27,523 nt of DNA, taken from the NCBI GenBank assembly GCA_016839785.1, contig JAEOTQ010000138.1, positions 1-27,523 of the forward strand, given 5' to 3'. Position 1 is the stretch's first letter. Every line of letters starts with the position of its first letter. The notes under the pieces were generated by a model. The model searched no databases, was not told the DNA's origin, and saw only the letters and a list, made by a program, of their open reading frames with translations. A program made the position numbers and the translations under genes. Positions 1 through 8,529 of this stretch are shown here, piece by piece. Source of the stretch: Candidatus Hodarchaeota archaeon. Its GTDB lineage: Archaea; Asgardarchaeota; Heimdallarchaeia; Hodarchaeales; Hodarchaeaceae.

Positions 1-801
1 CATATCGCAATTAGCCCAAAATCGACTGAAATAGGCTTAAAATTATTTGAACGGCTCCAAACAATGAATCCTTACTATTTACGGTATATTGATTATAAAA
101 GTCTTCAGTGGATAACAAAGAATGAGGAAATCAAAACAGTATTTAGGAACGCTAAATCAGGTGTAATTGTAGCGAGTTATTTGGAGAAAGATTGGATTAA
201 CACTCGGGGGAATTCAGAAAAGTTTGATAACACATTACAGCCAGACATCGCTCTTGACTTATGGCAAGACCGTTTCTATACATTAAGATTAAAAAGAGGA
301 GGCCCTTCAATTATTGTCAGTGAGGTTATTGTGCCATCTAATGCTCTTGAAGAATTTTTGGGACATTTAGAAAATTGGTTTATGAAAGAGAAATATAGTA
401 TCGAAATCATATCATTGACAAATCATAAGTCAATGGCAATGGTGTGGTTCCCCACAGATCAAAGGAAACGTTCCCTACCAATATTAGGGTCTCTTCCATA
501 CTTAATTCGTTGGATTAGATCTTTTCTAGTTATTAGAATTGCTTGGAATGTTGGCGGCTCAACCTACAATAATGGGGGATTATGGCTCAGCCCCTTTCCA
601 AATGAAGAGAATCTTATTCAAGTACAACAAATCAAGGAAATAAAAAAGAAAACTGATCCAAAACTGATATTCAATCCTGGAAAAATTACTGGTTCAAGAA
701 TTCCAAGATTCTTTCCTATCCTCCCCTGGAAGCTATTCTTAAAAATTGGTTTGCCAATTGCTAGTATATTGTACCGTGCTTTACCTAGACGATATCGTTA
801 G
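1..801 (+). CDS. FAD-linked oxidase/oxidoreductase (GlcD/D-lactate dehydrogenase-like), C-terminal part; 5' end truncated by the window
   Basis: The frame is open from base 1 (CAT ATC GCA...) into the ATG at 64, so the true start lies upstream. The C-terminal KKKTDPKLIFNPGK matches the K..DP..I.NPGK signature of FAD-oxidase_C domains. It ends in a hydrophobic/basic tail. Confidence 0.75.
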   Translation, partial: HIAISPKSTEIGLKLFERLQTMNPYYLRYIDYKSLQWITKNEEIKTVFRNAKSGVIVASYLEKDWINTRGNSEKFDNTLQPDIALDLWQDRFYTLRLKRGGPSIIVSEVIVPSNALEEFLGHLENWFMKEKYSIEIISLTNHKSMAMVWFPTDQRKRSLPILGSLPYLIRWIRSFLVIRIAWNVGGSTYNNGGLWLSPFPNEENLIQVQQIKEIKKKTDPKLIFNPGKITGSRIPRFFPILPWKLFLKIGLPIASILYRALPRRYR

Positions 802-833
802 GTCTATAAGACATATGCTGAAAGAGTGATATT

Positions 834-1607
834 TTACCCTCTTTGCGTAATATCTTTGATGAAATCTTCGATTTGATTGAACGCTGGTTCCGCGTCTGAA
901 GATTGTAAATACCATCGTGGAGAAGAAGTGCTCATTGTATATTTTTTCTTCTCTTGAGCATTGGTAAGCTTATCAAAAATAAAATCAACCGAGCCTTCCA
1001 AAGTCTGGGTATTTATAACAAGAGTAGGCTGAGAAATATTTGCTAATCGATGATTAGTAAAACCAATTACTCTATACAATTCTATTAATGCTGTGGTTGG
1101 ACGTTTAGAATAGAAGAATTGTCCTTGATCACGTAATTCATCATTCACATTCTCTTCAACCATTGCAAAATCTTTCTTGAAGAATTTTACAAAAGGAAGT
1201 ATATTTTTAACCAATGCAGATGGAGAATGTTGACTAGGTGAAATTAAAATCAATCCATTAATTGTAACACTCAGATGCGAAGCGGCTAAAATAGTTGCAA
1301 GGACGGATCCAAGTGCTACTCCAATGACAAAAACATGTGAATATAAATCTTTCAAATAATATAGTGAATCTCGAGCAACTGCATACCAATCCAACCATGT
1401 CGTATTTCCAAGATCTTCAGGCACACTACCATGACCTGGCAGTAAAGGGGCTATTCCTGAATAGCCTTTATTACGAAGATATAACCCTAAAGGACGAACT
1501 TCACTTGGGGAAGCAGTAAAAGAATGTAATAATAGACAACTAATGTTTTTATTTTCATCAGTTCCTTGAAATTCAAAAGGTAAAGCAAGAGGGTCTACAT
1601 CATGCAT
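834..1607 (-). CDS. Alpha/beta-hydrolase, Est30/YvaK-type carboxylesterase homolog, apparently catalytically degenerate
   Basis: LLLHSFTASPSEVRPLG...APLLPGHG...DW matches the family pattern. The nucleophile elbow reads GVALG instead of GxSxG. Confidence 0.8.
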   Translation of the reverse strand: MHDVDPLALPFEFQGTDENKNISCLLLHSFTASPSEVRPLGLYLRNKGYSGIAPLLPGHGSVPEDLGNTTWLDWYAVARDSLYYLKDLYSHVFVIGVALGSVLATILAASHLSVTINGLILISPSQHSPSALVKNILPFVKFFKKDFAMVEENVNDELRDQGQFFYSKRPTTALIELYRVIGFTNHRLANISQPTLVINTQTLEGSVDFIFDKLTNAQEKKKYTMSTSSPRWYLQSSDAEPAFNQIEDFIKDITQRG

Positions 1608-1727
1608 TTTAATCTCTCTATACGCTATTTCACAAAGCTTCTAAGGATCTTTATGATAACAGTTCTTGGAAAATTGCACATTGGAGTTTCAGGAAAGGTA
1701 GAGAAATAATACTCTTTATTCATTTCC

Positions 1728-1747
1728 AAAAAGATATATATCTTTTT
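1728..1747. promoter_or_regulatory. Perfect 20-bp palindrome AAAAAGATATATATCTTTTT; candidate BRE/TATA element or operator in a divergent intergenic region
   Basis: The sequence equals its own reverse complement. It ends 25 bp before the ATG at 1773 and lies between divergent genes. Confidence 0.5.
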
Positions 1748-1772
1748 AGTTTATGGGTTTCACGGTGAAGAA

Positions 1773-2552
1773 ATGAAATCTTTGAGGACAATTCGAACTG
1801 GGGTTCAATCATTGGATCTTTTTCTTGGTGGAGAGGATGACCCTGGAATACCAAATAAAAGCGTTATTCTCGTTTTAGGAGAACCAGGTACAAAATTTGA
1901 AGTTTTTACTCAACAAATTCTCTTTCATATGCTAAGGACAGGAGCCACTGAAAAAGTGGTTTATTTAAATTATGATGGGAGACCAAATGAAATTGTAGAT
2001 GAATTATCTATCTATAATTATCAACTAGAACCATTTATCGTCGCAGGGGAAAAATGGAAATTCATGGATGCCTTTTCAGCTCGAATAGCAGCAGAAGGTG
2101 CGGTTATTGGGTACCAATCTGATGCAGGGGTCGATCTAGAGGATAGGTATGCTCAAGATTCTCTTCGATTCTTCACTAGGAGGTTTATTCCCGAAATTAT
2201 GGAGTATGATAATATTTGTACATGTATCCATTCGGCCTCTTCCTTACTTCGTACAAATTCGATTGAAAGTGTTTCGATCGCAATAGAGACACTTAAATAT
2301 GTTGTTCGAGATTTAGGATCAGGATTGCATTTTATACTTATGGTTAAGAATCTACATGATCCTAATGTCGAGGTGCTAGCATCTCATATTGCTGATTTCG
2401 TTTTTGACATTTCTTTTGGTCGTGTCGGGGCTGGAAAAATTGCTATTAATTTTTCCGTTCAGAAAGCTTGGAAATCAGTTCTTTTACCTATCTCTGTTCC
2501 AATGACAATTGATCGAAAAGGGATCCGTTTGGAAACAACAGTACGTGTGTAG
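1773..2552 (+). CDS. RAD55/KaiC-like RecA-superfamily protein, single domain, degenerate Walker A
   Basis: IRTGVQSLDLFLGG...GIPNKSVILVLGEPG, KFMDAFS, HIADFVFDI and a C-terminal IDRKGIRLETTVRV are typical of the family. The P-loop reads GEPGTKFE rather than GxPGTGKT. Confidence 0.8.
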   Translation: MKSLRTIRTGVQSLDLFLGGEDDPGIPNKSVILVLGEPGTKFEVFTQQILFHMLRTGATEKVVYLNYDGRPNEIVDELSIYNYQLEPFIVAGEKWKFMDAFSARIAAEGAVIGYQSDAGVDLEDRYAQDSLRFFTRRFIPEIMEYDNICTCIHSASSLLRTNSIESVSIAIETLKYVVRDLGSGLHFILMVKNLHDPNVEVLASHIADFVFDISFGRVGAGKIAINFSVQKAWKSVLLPISVPMTIDRKGIRLETTVRV

Positions 2553-2569
2553 GGTTCTTTCTTTATAGC

Positions 2570-3544
2570 CTAGGTATTAGTTATCAATCTAAGAAAATCT
2601 CTGGTACCCGTTGCTAATCCGAGAAGGAAGACAACCCATAACAGCCATCGTTCTAGGTTTCGATTTTCAAACCCACGTAGTGACCAAAGAAAGAACATAA
2701 CTATTCCAAATTTGATGAATAAAAACGACCAGGATCCAACAGGTGATTGGAAGAGAAGCGCAGGTAGATAATGTTTTTCTTCATAAGCAAAGAATTCAAT
2801 AGCTATTACTGTATTCATTGCATCAAACATTTGTGTAAGCATGGCCAAGTTCTCTTCTCTTCGTATTGGAACATCAGGGAAAAATCTTTGTGACCACCAA
2901 TCGGCTGTGTAGTGAAAAAGAATGGCGAATAGGGCGGTTGATAATAGTATCACAAATCCACCCGTCATATTCGTTTGATCTTCTAGCAATAAAGGGATAA
3001 ATGGTATAATAAGTAATAATTCTATTATAATTCCAATTATGGCAAAAGTAAATCTCCAATTTGAAATATAGTCCTGTTTTTTCAAATACTCTTGAGAAAT
3101 AACAATAGAAACAATTCCTATGAATATGGTTAGGAGTATAGTAACAATATATACGCCAGGAGTGACAAAAACCCTATCTGCAAAGAATTCATAAGGAGAA
3201 ATAATGTTTCCTTCTACTGCCACATCCTGTAATGCTCGTAATGAAGAACCAATGAAAATGTAAGGGAGTACGGCAATAAAAAACTCATTATCCATTTGTA
3301 TTGGAGAGAATGAATCTTCGCCCCAGCGTTGAATTCCCCATTTATTCAAACTGATAATGATCTTCCCGACTAGTAAAATGGCAAGTATCCCAATGGTTGA
3401 GTACGTTAGCGTATTATAGAGGTTGTAACCAGGAGCTGAAAAGAAATAGGTGTCAAAAAAAGTGATAGGATCTGAAAATAGTAACCCTAAGTCATCCATA
3501 AGCATTGTGATGAAGTTTTCAACAGGATTCTGAAGTTTAGTCAT
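2570..3544 (-). CDS. DUF63 family archaeal multi-pass membrane protein
   Basis: Motifs GYNLYNTLTYS, GSSLRALQD, FVTPGVY, QMFDA..T, YEEKH and LGLATGTRDFLR, plus many hydrophobic segments. Confidence 0.8.
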   Translation of the reverse strand: MTKLQNPVENFITMLMDDLGLLFSDPITFFDTYFFSAPGYNLYNTLTYSTIGILAILLVGKIIISLNKWGIQRWGEDSFSPIQMDNEFFIAVLPYIFIGSSLRALQDVAVEGNIISPYEFFADRVFVTPGVYIVTILLTIFIGIVSIVISQEYLKKQDYISNWRFTFAIIGIIIELLLIIPFIPLLLEDQTNMTGGFVILLSTALFAILFHYTADWWSQRFFPDVPIRREENLAMLTQMFDAMNTVIAIEFFAYEEKHYLPALLFQSPVGSWSFLFIKFGIVMFFLWSLRGFENRNLERWLLWVVFLLGLATGTRDFLRLITNT

Positions 3545-3546
3545 AA

Positions 3547-4446
3547 CTAGACAAACCGTATAGTGCGATGAAGAACGTTCTCGACTGGTCTATTTGAATA
3601 TATCCTATTTATGCTATCCAACTTCGCTGGTGATAACTTATTGAGTGAAACTTCGACTTTTTCAAGTGTTAAATCAATGGTTGCGAAATGATAACACGCT
3701 AATGGTCCAGGATTAACGTAGGTGATTTCATCGCTGGTCTTAGTAAGAGAAAACTCATGATAGTGACCAAAAATGACCAATCTCGGGTTTAATTCCCTGA
3801 TGATTGCTGAAACTTTTTGAGAACCTCCTTTTATGACATCCCTATCATTTAATTCGACTTCAAATTGAGGTGGTTCATGAGTGACAAGGATATCAATTTT
3901 CTTGTCTATTCCTCGCTTGGTAAAATTATCCCACTTATCTTCATAAGCTTTTAAATGATATTCATGATCACATATTGGTTCAGAGTAAAAAGGAGGAATT
4001 ATTGCACCACCTGTTCCAATAATCATTAAACCTTGTCCTTCGTAAGGATTTGAATCCAAAATATGAATTTTCGGTTTTTGCTGATCCTTAATAAACTGTA
4101 ATGCTTCGTAGCTATCCACATTACCTGGTATGTATATGATAGGCGCTTCTAAGAATGAGAGAAGACTAATAATTTTGTTTATAGATGAGATTTGTTTTTT
4201 AACAAAATTCTGTCTTCCTTTACCTTTATAAACCCAGTGAGTAAATCCTTTCTTTGATAATGCGTTAAAAGGATGACTTATCATATATTGTGCCATAACA
4301 GATAACGATGTAGTAGCAGGTAAATCTCCAGCTACTATTATTAAGTCAATGTCATAAGGTTTAGCATTTATGTGTTCAACGAGATCTTTAGTAGCTTTTA
4401 CATTCCCATGGATGTCTGATAGAGCTAATATATGAACAGCCTTCAC
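3547..4446 (-). CDS. Calcineurin-like metallophosphoesterase (Icc-like)
   Basis: Motifs SDIHG, AGDL, PGNVD, VTHEPP, FGHYHE and VNPG. GTG start. Confidence 0.9.
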   Translation of the reverse strand: MKAVHILALSDIHGNVKATKDLVEHINAKPYDIDLIIVAGDLPATTSLSVMAQYMISHPFNALSKKGFTHWVYKGKGRQNFVKKQISSINKIISLLSFLEAPIIYIPGNVDSYEALQFIKDQQKPKIHILDSNPYEGQGLMIIGTGGAIIPPFYSEPICDHEYHLKAYEDKWDNFTKRGIDKKIDILVTHEPPQFEVELNDRDVIKGGSQKVSAIIRELNPRLVIFGHYHEFSLTKTSDEITYVNPGPLACYHFATIDLTLEKVEVSLNKLSPAKLDSINRIYSNRPVENVLHRTIRFV

Positions 4447-4464
4447 CTTCCGTGGGGAGTGTTT

Positions 4465-5016
4465 TTAGTTCTCGATAAGAAGTTTCCCCAAAGCAACAAA
4501 AGGATCGTAGTTATTTTGTCGGTTAATGGCTGAAGCTTGAATATAAGGAGTAATTAAACCAGTCATTGATGAAATATGATTAGCGAATTCTTGTGCTTCT
4601 TGATGAGATACAGTTTCTTCGCTTGATTCTAATAGATCTATTTTATTTCCTACTAATACAAGGGGAATTATTCCTGTTTGGTCTAGGATTTCCTCTAGCC
4701 AAGAAGAAAGATTTGTAAATGATTCCCTTCTTGTGATATCAAAAACTAATATGACTCCGTCACTCCTATTGTAGAACTGAGGGCGAATCATTTTGAACGT
4801 TTGTTGACCAGATAAATCCCAAATTTGGTATGTTAATTCCGTTGAATCCAAAGTAAAAATTTTACGACCAATATCGACTCCCATAGTCGGCTTATAGCCC
4901 TCAAGAAATGCGCTATCTTCATCTAGAAATGTTTTCACAAAAGTAGTTTTGCCTACTGCGAAATCTCCGCAGATAACAACTTTGTACGTCTCATTAGTAG
5001 ACATTGGATGTGCCAA
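4465..5016 (-). CDS. Rab/Ras-like small GTPase (eukaryotic-signature type)
   Basis: G1 GDFAVGKT, G2 YKPTMGVD, G3 WDLSGQ, G4 GNKID, G5 ASA. No C-terminal Cys prenylation motif. The start may be the ATG at 5004 rather than the TTG at 5016. Confidence 0.93.
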   Translation of the reverse strand: MAHPMSTNETYKVVICGDFAVGKTTFVKTFLDEDSAFLEGYKPTMGVDIGRKIFTLDSTELTYQIWDLSGQQTFKMIRPQFYNRSDGVILVFDITRRESFTNLSSWLEEILDQTGIIPLVLVGNKIDLLESSEETVSHQEAQEFANHISSMTGLITPYIQASAINRQNNYDPFVALGKLLIEN

Positions 5017-5298
5017 TTACCGATATTCGTGGCCGATTTGTGTCAATCGATCAGCAATTGAATCTTCTTCAGATTCAAGTTTGAAACTAATTCCAATTCG
5101 CTTTCCATTACCAAGCAAGAATCCTGATTTGCAGATACTCTCAGCTTGTCTCCGAGCAGTTCTTCGCATGACTAGTCCAACATCAGGGGAGTATTCTAAT
5201 TTTCCCGTTTGAGTAACTTCATCTAAGATTAAAACGGCATCCCCAGATTCCTCTCTACCTTCTGAAAATGTTCTATTTTTGAATATTAATCTGACCAT
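5017..5298 (-). CDS. Small protein, possible divergent single-domain gelsolin-like protein
   Basis: AGGAG RBS upstream of the ATG. The segment SGDAVLILDEVTQTGKLEYSPDVGLVMRRTARRQAESI resembles the gelsolin strand-strand-long-helix core. The ORF is credible; the fold call is tentative. Confidence 0.5.
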   Translation of the reverse strand: MVRLIFKNRTFSEGREESGDAVLILDEVTQTGKLEYSPDVGLVMRRTARRQAESICKSGFLLGNGKRIGISFKLESEEDSIADRLTQIGHEYR

Positions 5299-5425
5299 GT
5301 GTTAATTAACTCCTGTTCAATCATAAGAGTAAGTAAAAGTTTTCAGATAAGTTGATGTTGTACTTTTCCTATAAAAATATTCTCAAAATACGAATATCCA
5401 ATCTATAAGTAATCATAGTTATGGC

Positions 5426-6967
5426 TTATAATTTGACATCTAAAAGTCGTGGAACTTTCCACGATACTTTTTGAAAATCGTACCACTCCTCCTGTAAACC
5501 TTTTGCACGATAAACTGAATGAATTTGTCTAACCTGCCAAGATAATTGAGTTTCAATCCAATTAAGAAAATTCAAGGAAAGAGGAGCAATCAATATTGTC
5601 TTCTTTTCTGTTGAAAGGATAGATGCCCATGGTAACAAATGTAGAAAAGTGGGTGCTGTACATTCCCATTTAGGAGGAATTTCTACCCAATACAGATCAA
5701 GTGAATATTCATTTAGGATATTCCGAACCGTAAACGTGGGTCCAGCAATTTTCTTTGAAAAAAACTTGGCAAGTAAAGCAAGATCAGCTTGAGTAAAGAT
5801 GGAATTATGATAATCCTCCCCAAGTTTGATCGGGAGGTTTCCAAAGGAGAATGCCTTAAAAGTCTTAATGTACACCTTTATGGCTTGTTGAGGGGATTCC
5901 AAGACTTTATAATTGAGATTATTGGATAATCGAGGAGTAATACACCCTAATTTCAACGTTACATCTTTTGAATTAATTCTTCTTCTGCTTTCAATTGAAT
6001 TCTTGAATTCTGGGGGTATATAGCCATCTTCCCACCCGTTGTCTGCAGAATATAGTGTTAAAGAGGACCCCGCTTGAGTTGAAATAACTGGTTCAATTGA
6101 TACGTCCGTAAGAGTATTATTTCTTACTTGTTCTTCAAAATGAGTTATAAGTTGAGGTACAGATTCACTGGGAGTATAGATAAAACCAAAAAATGAATTG
6201 GGACAGTTAGGAGTGCTATAAACATTACTCATCCCCAAAACAAAATTGTCTGGGGAATTAAAATCTAAAATGGATTCAAATTTTGATTTCTCAACCAAAT
6301 TTAGCTTAAACATTGAAATACTTATTCCAAAGGCCTCTGGAAACATCCACACCCCCCATCTTGCATCAAGACGAGAGAATAGATGGTGTAATCCACGAAA
6401 CTGCTTTGACACGTGGACATTTTTCGCTATCTCTCGAGTTAAATAATGCTGATCCATTGCTCGTAAAGGGTCTGAATTGACCATCGAATAAATAATTCTT
6501 AAGATATTCATTTGAGTCTCAGTTAAAGGGTCATGTATTTCATTACAGTAATACTGTAATAATTCCCACTTAAGATTCTTAAGAGAAGTCTGATTTTGTA
6601 AAAGTTGAAAAAACCCCTGTGTGTTGGTGTCTCCTCGTAGAACACGTACAAGATATTGTATGAAATTGTCAGCATGGAAACTTGCTTCAACCAATAAACG
6701 TCTTGCGTTCAGAAAAAAAGTATTTGAAAACCACAAAAACGGTGTATTAAAATATTCAATTTCGTCCATGGTATTTCGGACGAATTGATCCATACTAGCT
6801 AAAAATCTGTCTCGTTCCCCTTGAGTGCTCACACTACCTTGAGAAAGAATTTCAAAAACGGCACTAATTAAGATCTGTTCAGATGCAGAATAGTTCGTAA
6901 TAAGAGGTGGTATACGTTTAAGGATCGTTTGTAAAAATCGGTTCCAAGTTTCTCTTCGATAGGTCAT
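5426..6967 (-). CDS. Large hypothetical protein, possibly with degenerate tandem wHTH/Lrp-AsnC-like modules
   Basis: 513-aa ORF. PLTETQMNILRIIY...FPEAFGIS resembles an Lrp-type HTH-linker-ligand domain, and a second similar helix (FTQADLALLAKFF) occurs later. Confidence 0.55.
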   Translation of the reverse strand: MTYRRETWNRFLQTILKRIPPLITNYSASEQILISAVFEILSQGSVSTQGERDRFLASMDQFVRNTMDEIEYFNTPFLWFSNTFFLNARRLLVEASFHADNFIQYLVRVLRGDTNTQGFFQLLQNQTSLKNLKWELLQYYCNEIHDPLTETQMNILRIIYSMVNSDPLRAMDQHYLTREIAKNVHVSKQFRGLHHLFSRLDARWGVWMFPEAFGISISMFKLNLVEKSKFESILDFNSPDNFVLGMSNVYSTPNCPNSFFGFIYTPSESVPQLITHFEEQVRNNTLTDVSIEPVISTQAGSSLTLYSADNGWEDGYIPPEFKNSIESRRRINSKDVTLKLGCITPRLSNNLNYKVLESPQQAIKVYIKTFKAFSFGNLPIKLGEDYHNSIFTQADLALLAKFFSKKIAGPTFTVRNILNEYSLDLYWVEIPPKWECTAPTFLHLLPWASILSTEKKTILIAPLSLNFLNWIETQLSWQVRQIHSVYRAKGLQEEWYDFQKVSWKVPRLLDVKL

Positions 6968-7168
6968 AGGGGTTACCTTTTCTCTTTAATATTTTTTTTT
7001 GAGAAATTTGAATTCCTTTATTATTTATGAATTAAAAAATGCCTTTAGTTAAAAACTCCTAGGCTTCTGTGCAACATATTCAATCTTATCGAGTAAAAAC
7101 TTAACGATCCCGATTGAAGATGTCAGATAATATTTAAAAAACTGATCTATAAAAACTAAATATGATAA

Positions 7169-7513
7169 GTGGCGTGGAGATTGATGAAACAAGTCGTCAT
7201 TAGATTTTCAGTGATTGGTCAGTTCAGTGAATGGCCTCACTTTCAACCGTTTTGTGAGAAAAGTATAAGTGACTCAACTGGTATATCGGTGGGTATAATA
7301 TCTAAGTCCATCATAACAGATTTTGGAACCTTTCCTGTCAAATTCATAATATTATTTCTTGGAGAGAATATTCATCATCATCTAAAGCTAATACATCGAT
7401 ATACAGTGGAAGAAGTTATTCAAGAAGGACTCGATACAATATTAAACAAATTAGGTAAGAAGGTACTTATCAATATACACCTGAAGAATGATTCTACGAT
7501 TTTAAAGACTTAA
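7169..7513 (+). CDS. Hypothetical protein, possible degenerate small-GTPase remnant
   Basis: 114-aa ORF filling the intergenic gap, with an alternative ATG at 7184. It has weak by-eye similarity to the beta1, beta2-beta3 and last helix of Rab-like GTPases but no G motifs. Confidence 0.5.
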   Translation: MAWRLMKQVVIRFSVIGQFSEWPHFQPFCEKSISDSTGISVGIISKSIITDFGTFPVKFIILFLGENIHHHLKLIHRYTVEEVIQEGLDTILNKLGKKVLINIHLKNDSTILKT

Positions 7514-7534
7514 TATTCTGAAACAATGCAATCA

Positions 7535-8410
7535 TTAAGTCAAATCAATCAGTTCACTTAATAAAGTAATTTGTTTATCCGAAAGTTTAGAAGGAAATCG
7601 ATATACAACTCGAATTTTTTTCACTACTCCAAGATCTGATGTAAAATCCAGTAAATCACCTTCTCGAGTGTTTTCCGGAATTTTTCCCCTTAAACTGTCA
7701 CCTGAGGGAGATTTGATCGATAGTCCTCCTGATCCCCGAATTGCAAGAAAAATAGATATTGGAATGGTTAGGATATCATCTTCCACTGAGATTTTTACTA
7801 ACAGATCACCTGGAGGACCACCCTGTTTTCCTTGGTTGCCTTTAGAGGGTATTCTTAGAATCTTCCCATTTTCAACATTTTTAGGGATAGGAATCCTTAT
7901 TTTCTCGGTTTTCTCACTCCCATCAGCAAATCGTCTTTTCAGGCTAATCACCTTTTTTAAAATTGTATCATCAATTGCTAGCTCGGAGCTTGTCACTTTA
8001 AAGGAGATTTGAATGTCTGAACCTTTTTGGGGATGTGATTGTCTTTGGAAACTCGAAAATGGTGATCCACCCATATTTTGAAAAGAAAAACCACCAGAGG
8101 AACCTCCAAAGAATTGAGAAAAGATCTCAAAGGGATCAATTGTCGAACGAAATCCACTTTGGCCTCTAAATTGAGAAAAATAATCAGAACCAAACTGGTC
8201 ATATTGTTGCCTTTTAGTTTCATCTGATAATACTGAATAAGCCTCGGAAATTTCTTTAAATTTTTCTTCGGCTCTTTTTGGATCTATACCACTTTTTACT
8301 GCTCTGTCAGGATGATATTTTAGTGCTAATTTTCGATATGCTTTTTTTATCTCACTCTTTGAAGCACTTTTGGAGACGCCTAGAGATTTGTAGTAATCAG
8401 TGGATGACAT
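7535..8410 (-). CDS. DnaJ-class co-chaperone, class B (J domain, G/F-rich region, C-terminal domain, no Zn finger)
   Basis: DYYKSLGV...[15 protein letters not shown]...[13 protein letters not shown], a G/F-rich stretch, and [12 protein letters not shown]. No CxxCxGxG repeats. Confidence 0.92.
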   Translation of the reverse strand: MSSTDYYKSLGVSKSASKSEIKKAYRKLALKYHPDRAVKSGIDPKRAEEKFKEISEAYSVLSDETKRQQYDQFGSDYFSQFRGQSGFRSTIDPFEIFSQFFGGSSGGFSFQNMGGSPFSSFQRQSHPQKGSDIQISFKVTSSELAIDDTILKKVISLKRRFADGSEKTEKIRIPIPKNVENGKILRIPSKGNQGKQGGPPGDLLVKISVEDDILTIPISIFLAIRGSGGLSIKSPSGDSLRGKIPENTREGDLLDFTSDLGVVKKIRVVYRFPSKLSDKQITLLSELIDLT

Positions 8411-8466
8411 AATGAGAACTCGCTACCAATTGAGGACTAAATAGGAAATAAATTAAAAATATAGCG

Positions 8467-8475
8467 AAAAAAAAA
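8467..8475 (-). terminator. T9 tract downstream of thioredoxin; possible archaeal-type terminator
   Basis: A9 run on the + strand (T9 on the minus strand) about 55 nt after the thioredoxin stop. Confidence 0.3.
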
Positions 8476-8529
8476 GAATCAATTGCTCTTTTTTGGAACA
8501 ACAAGAGGGTAATCAGAATTTAGTATCCT

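Noticed and set aside
5017-5019. Selenocysteine or pyrrolysine recoding at the in-frame stop
   Set aside because: The codon is TAA, not TGA or TAG.
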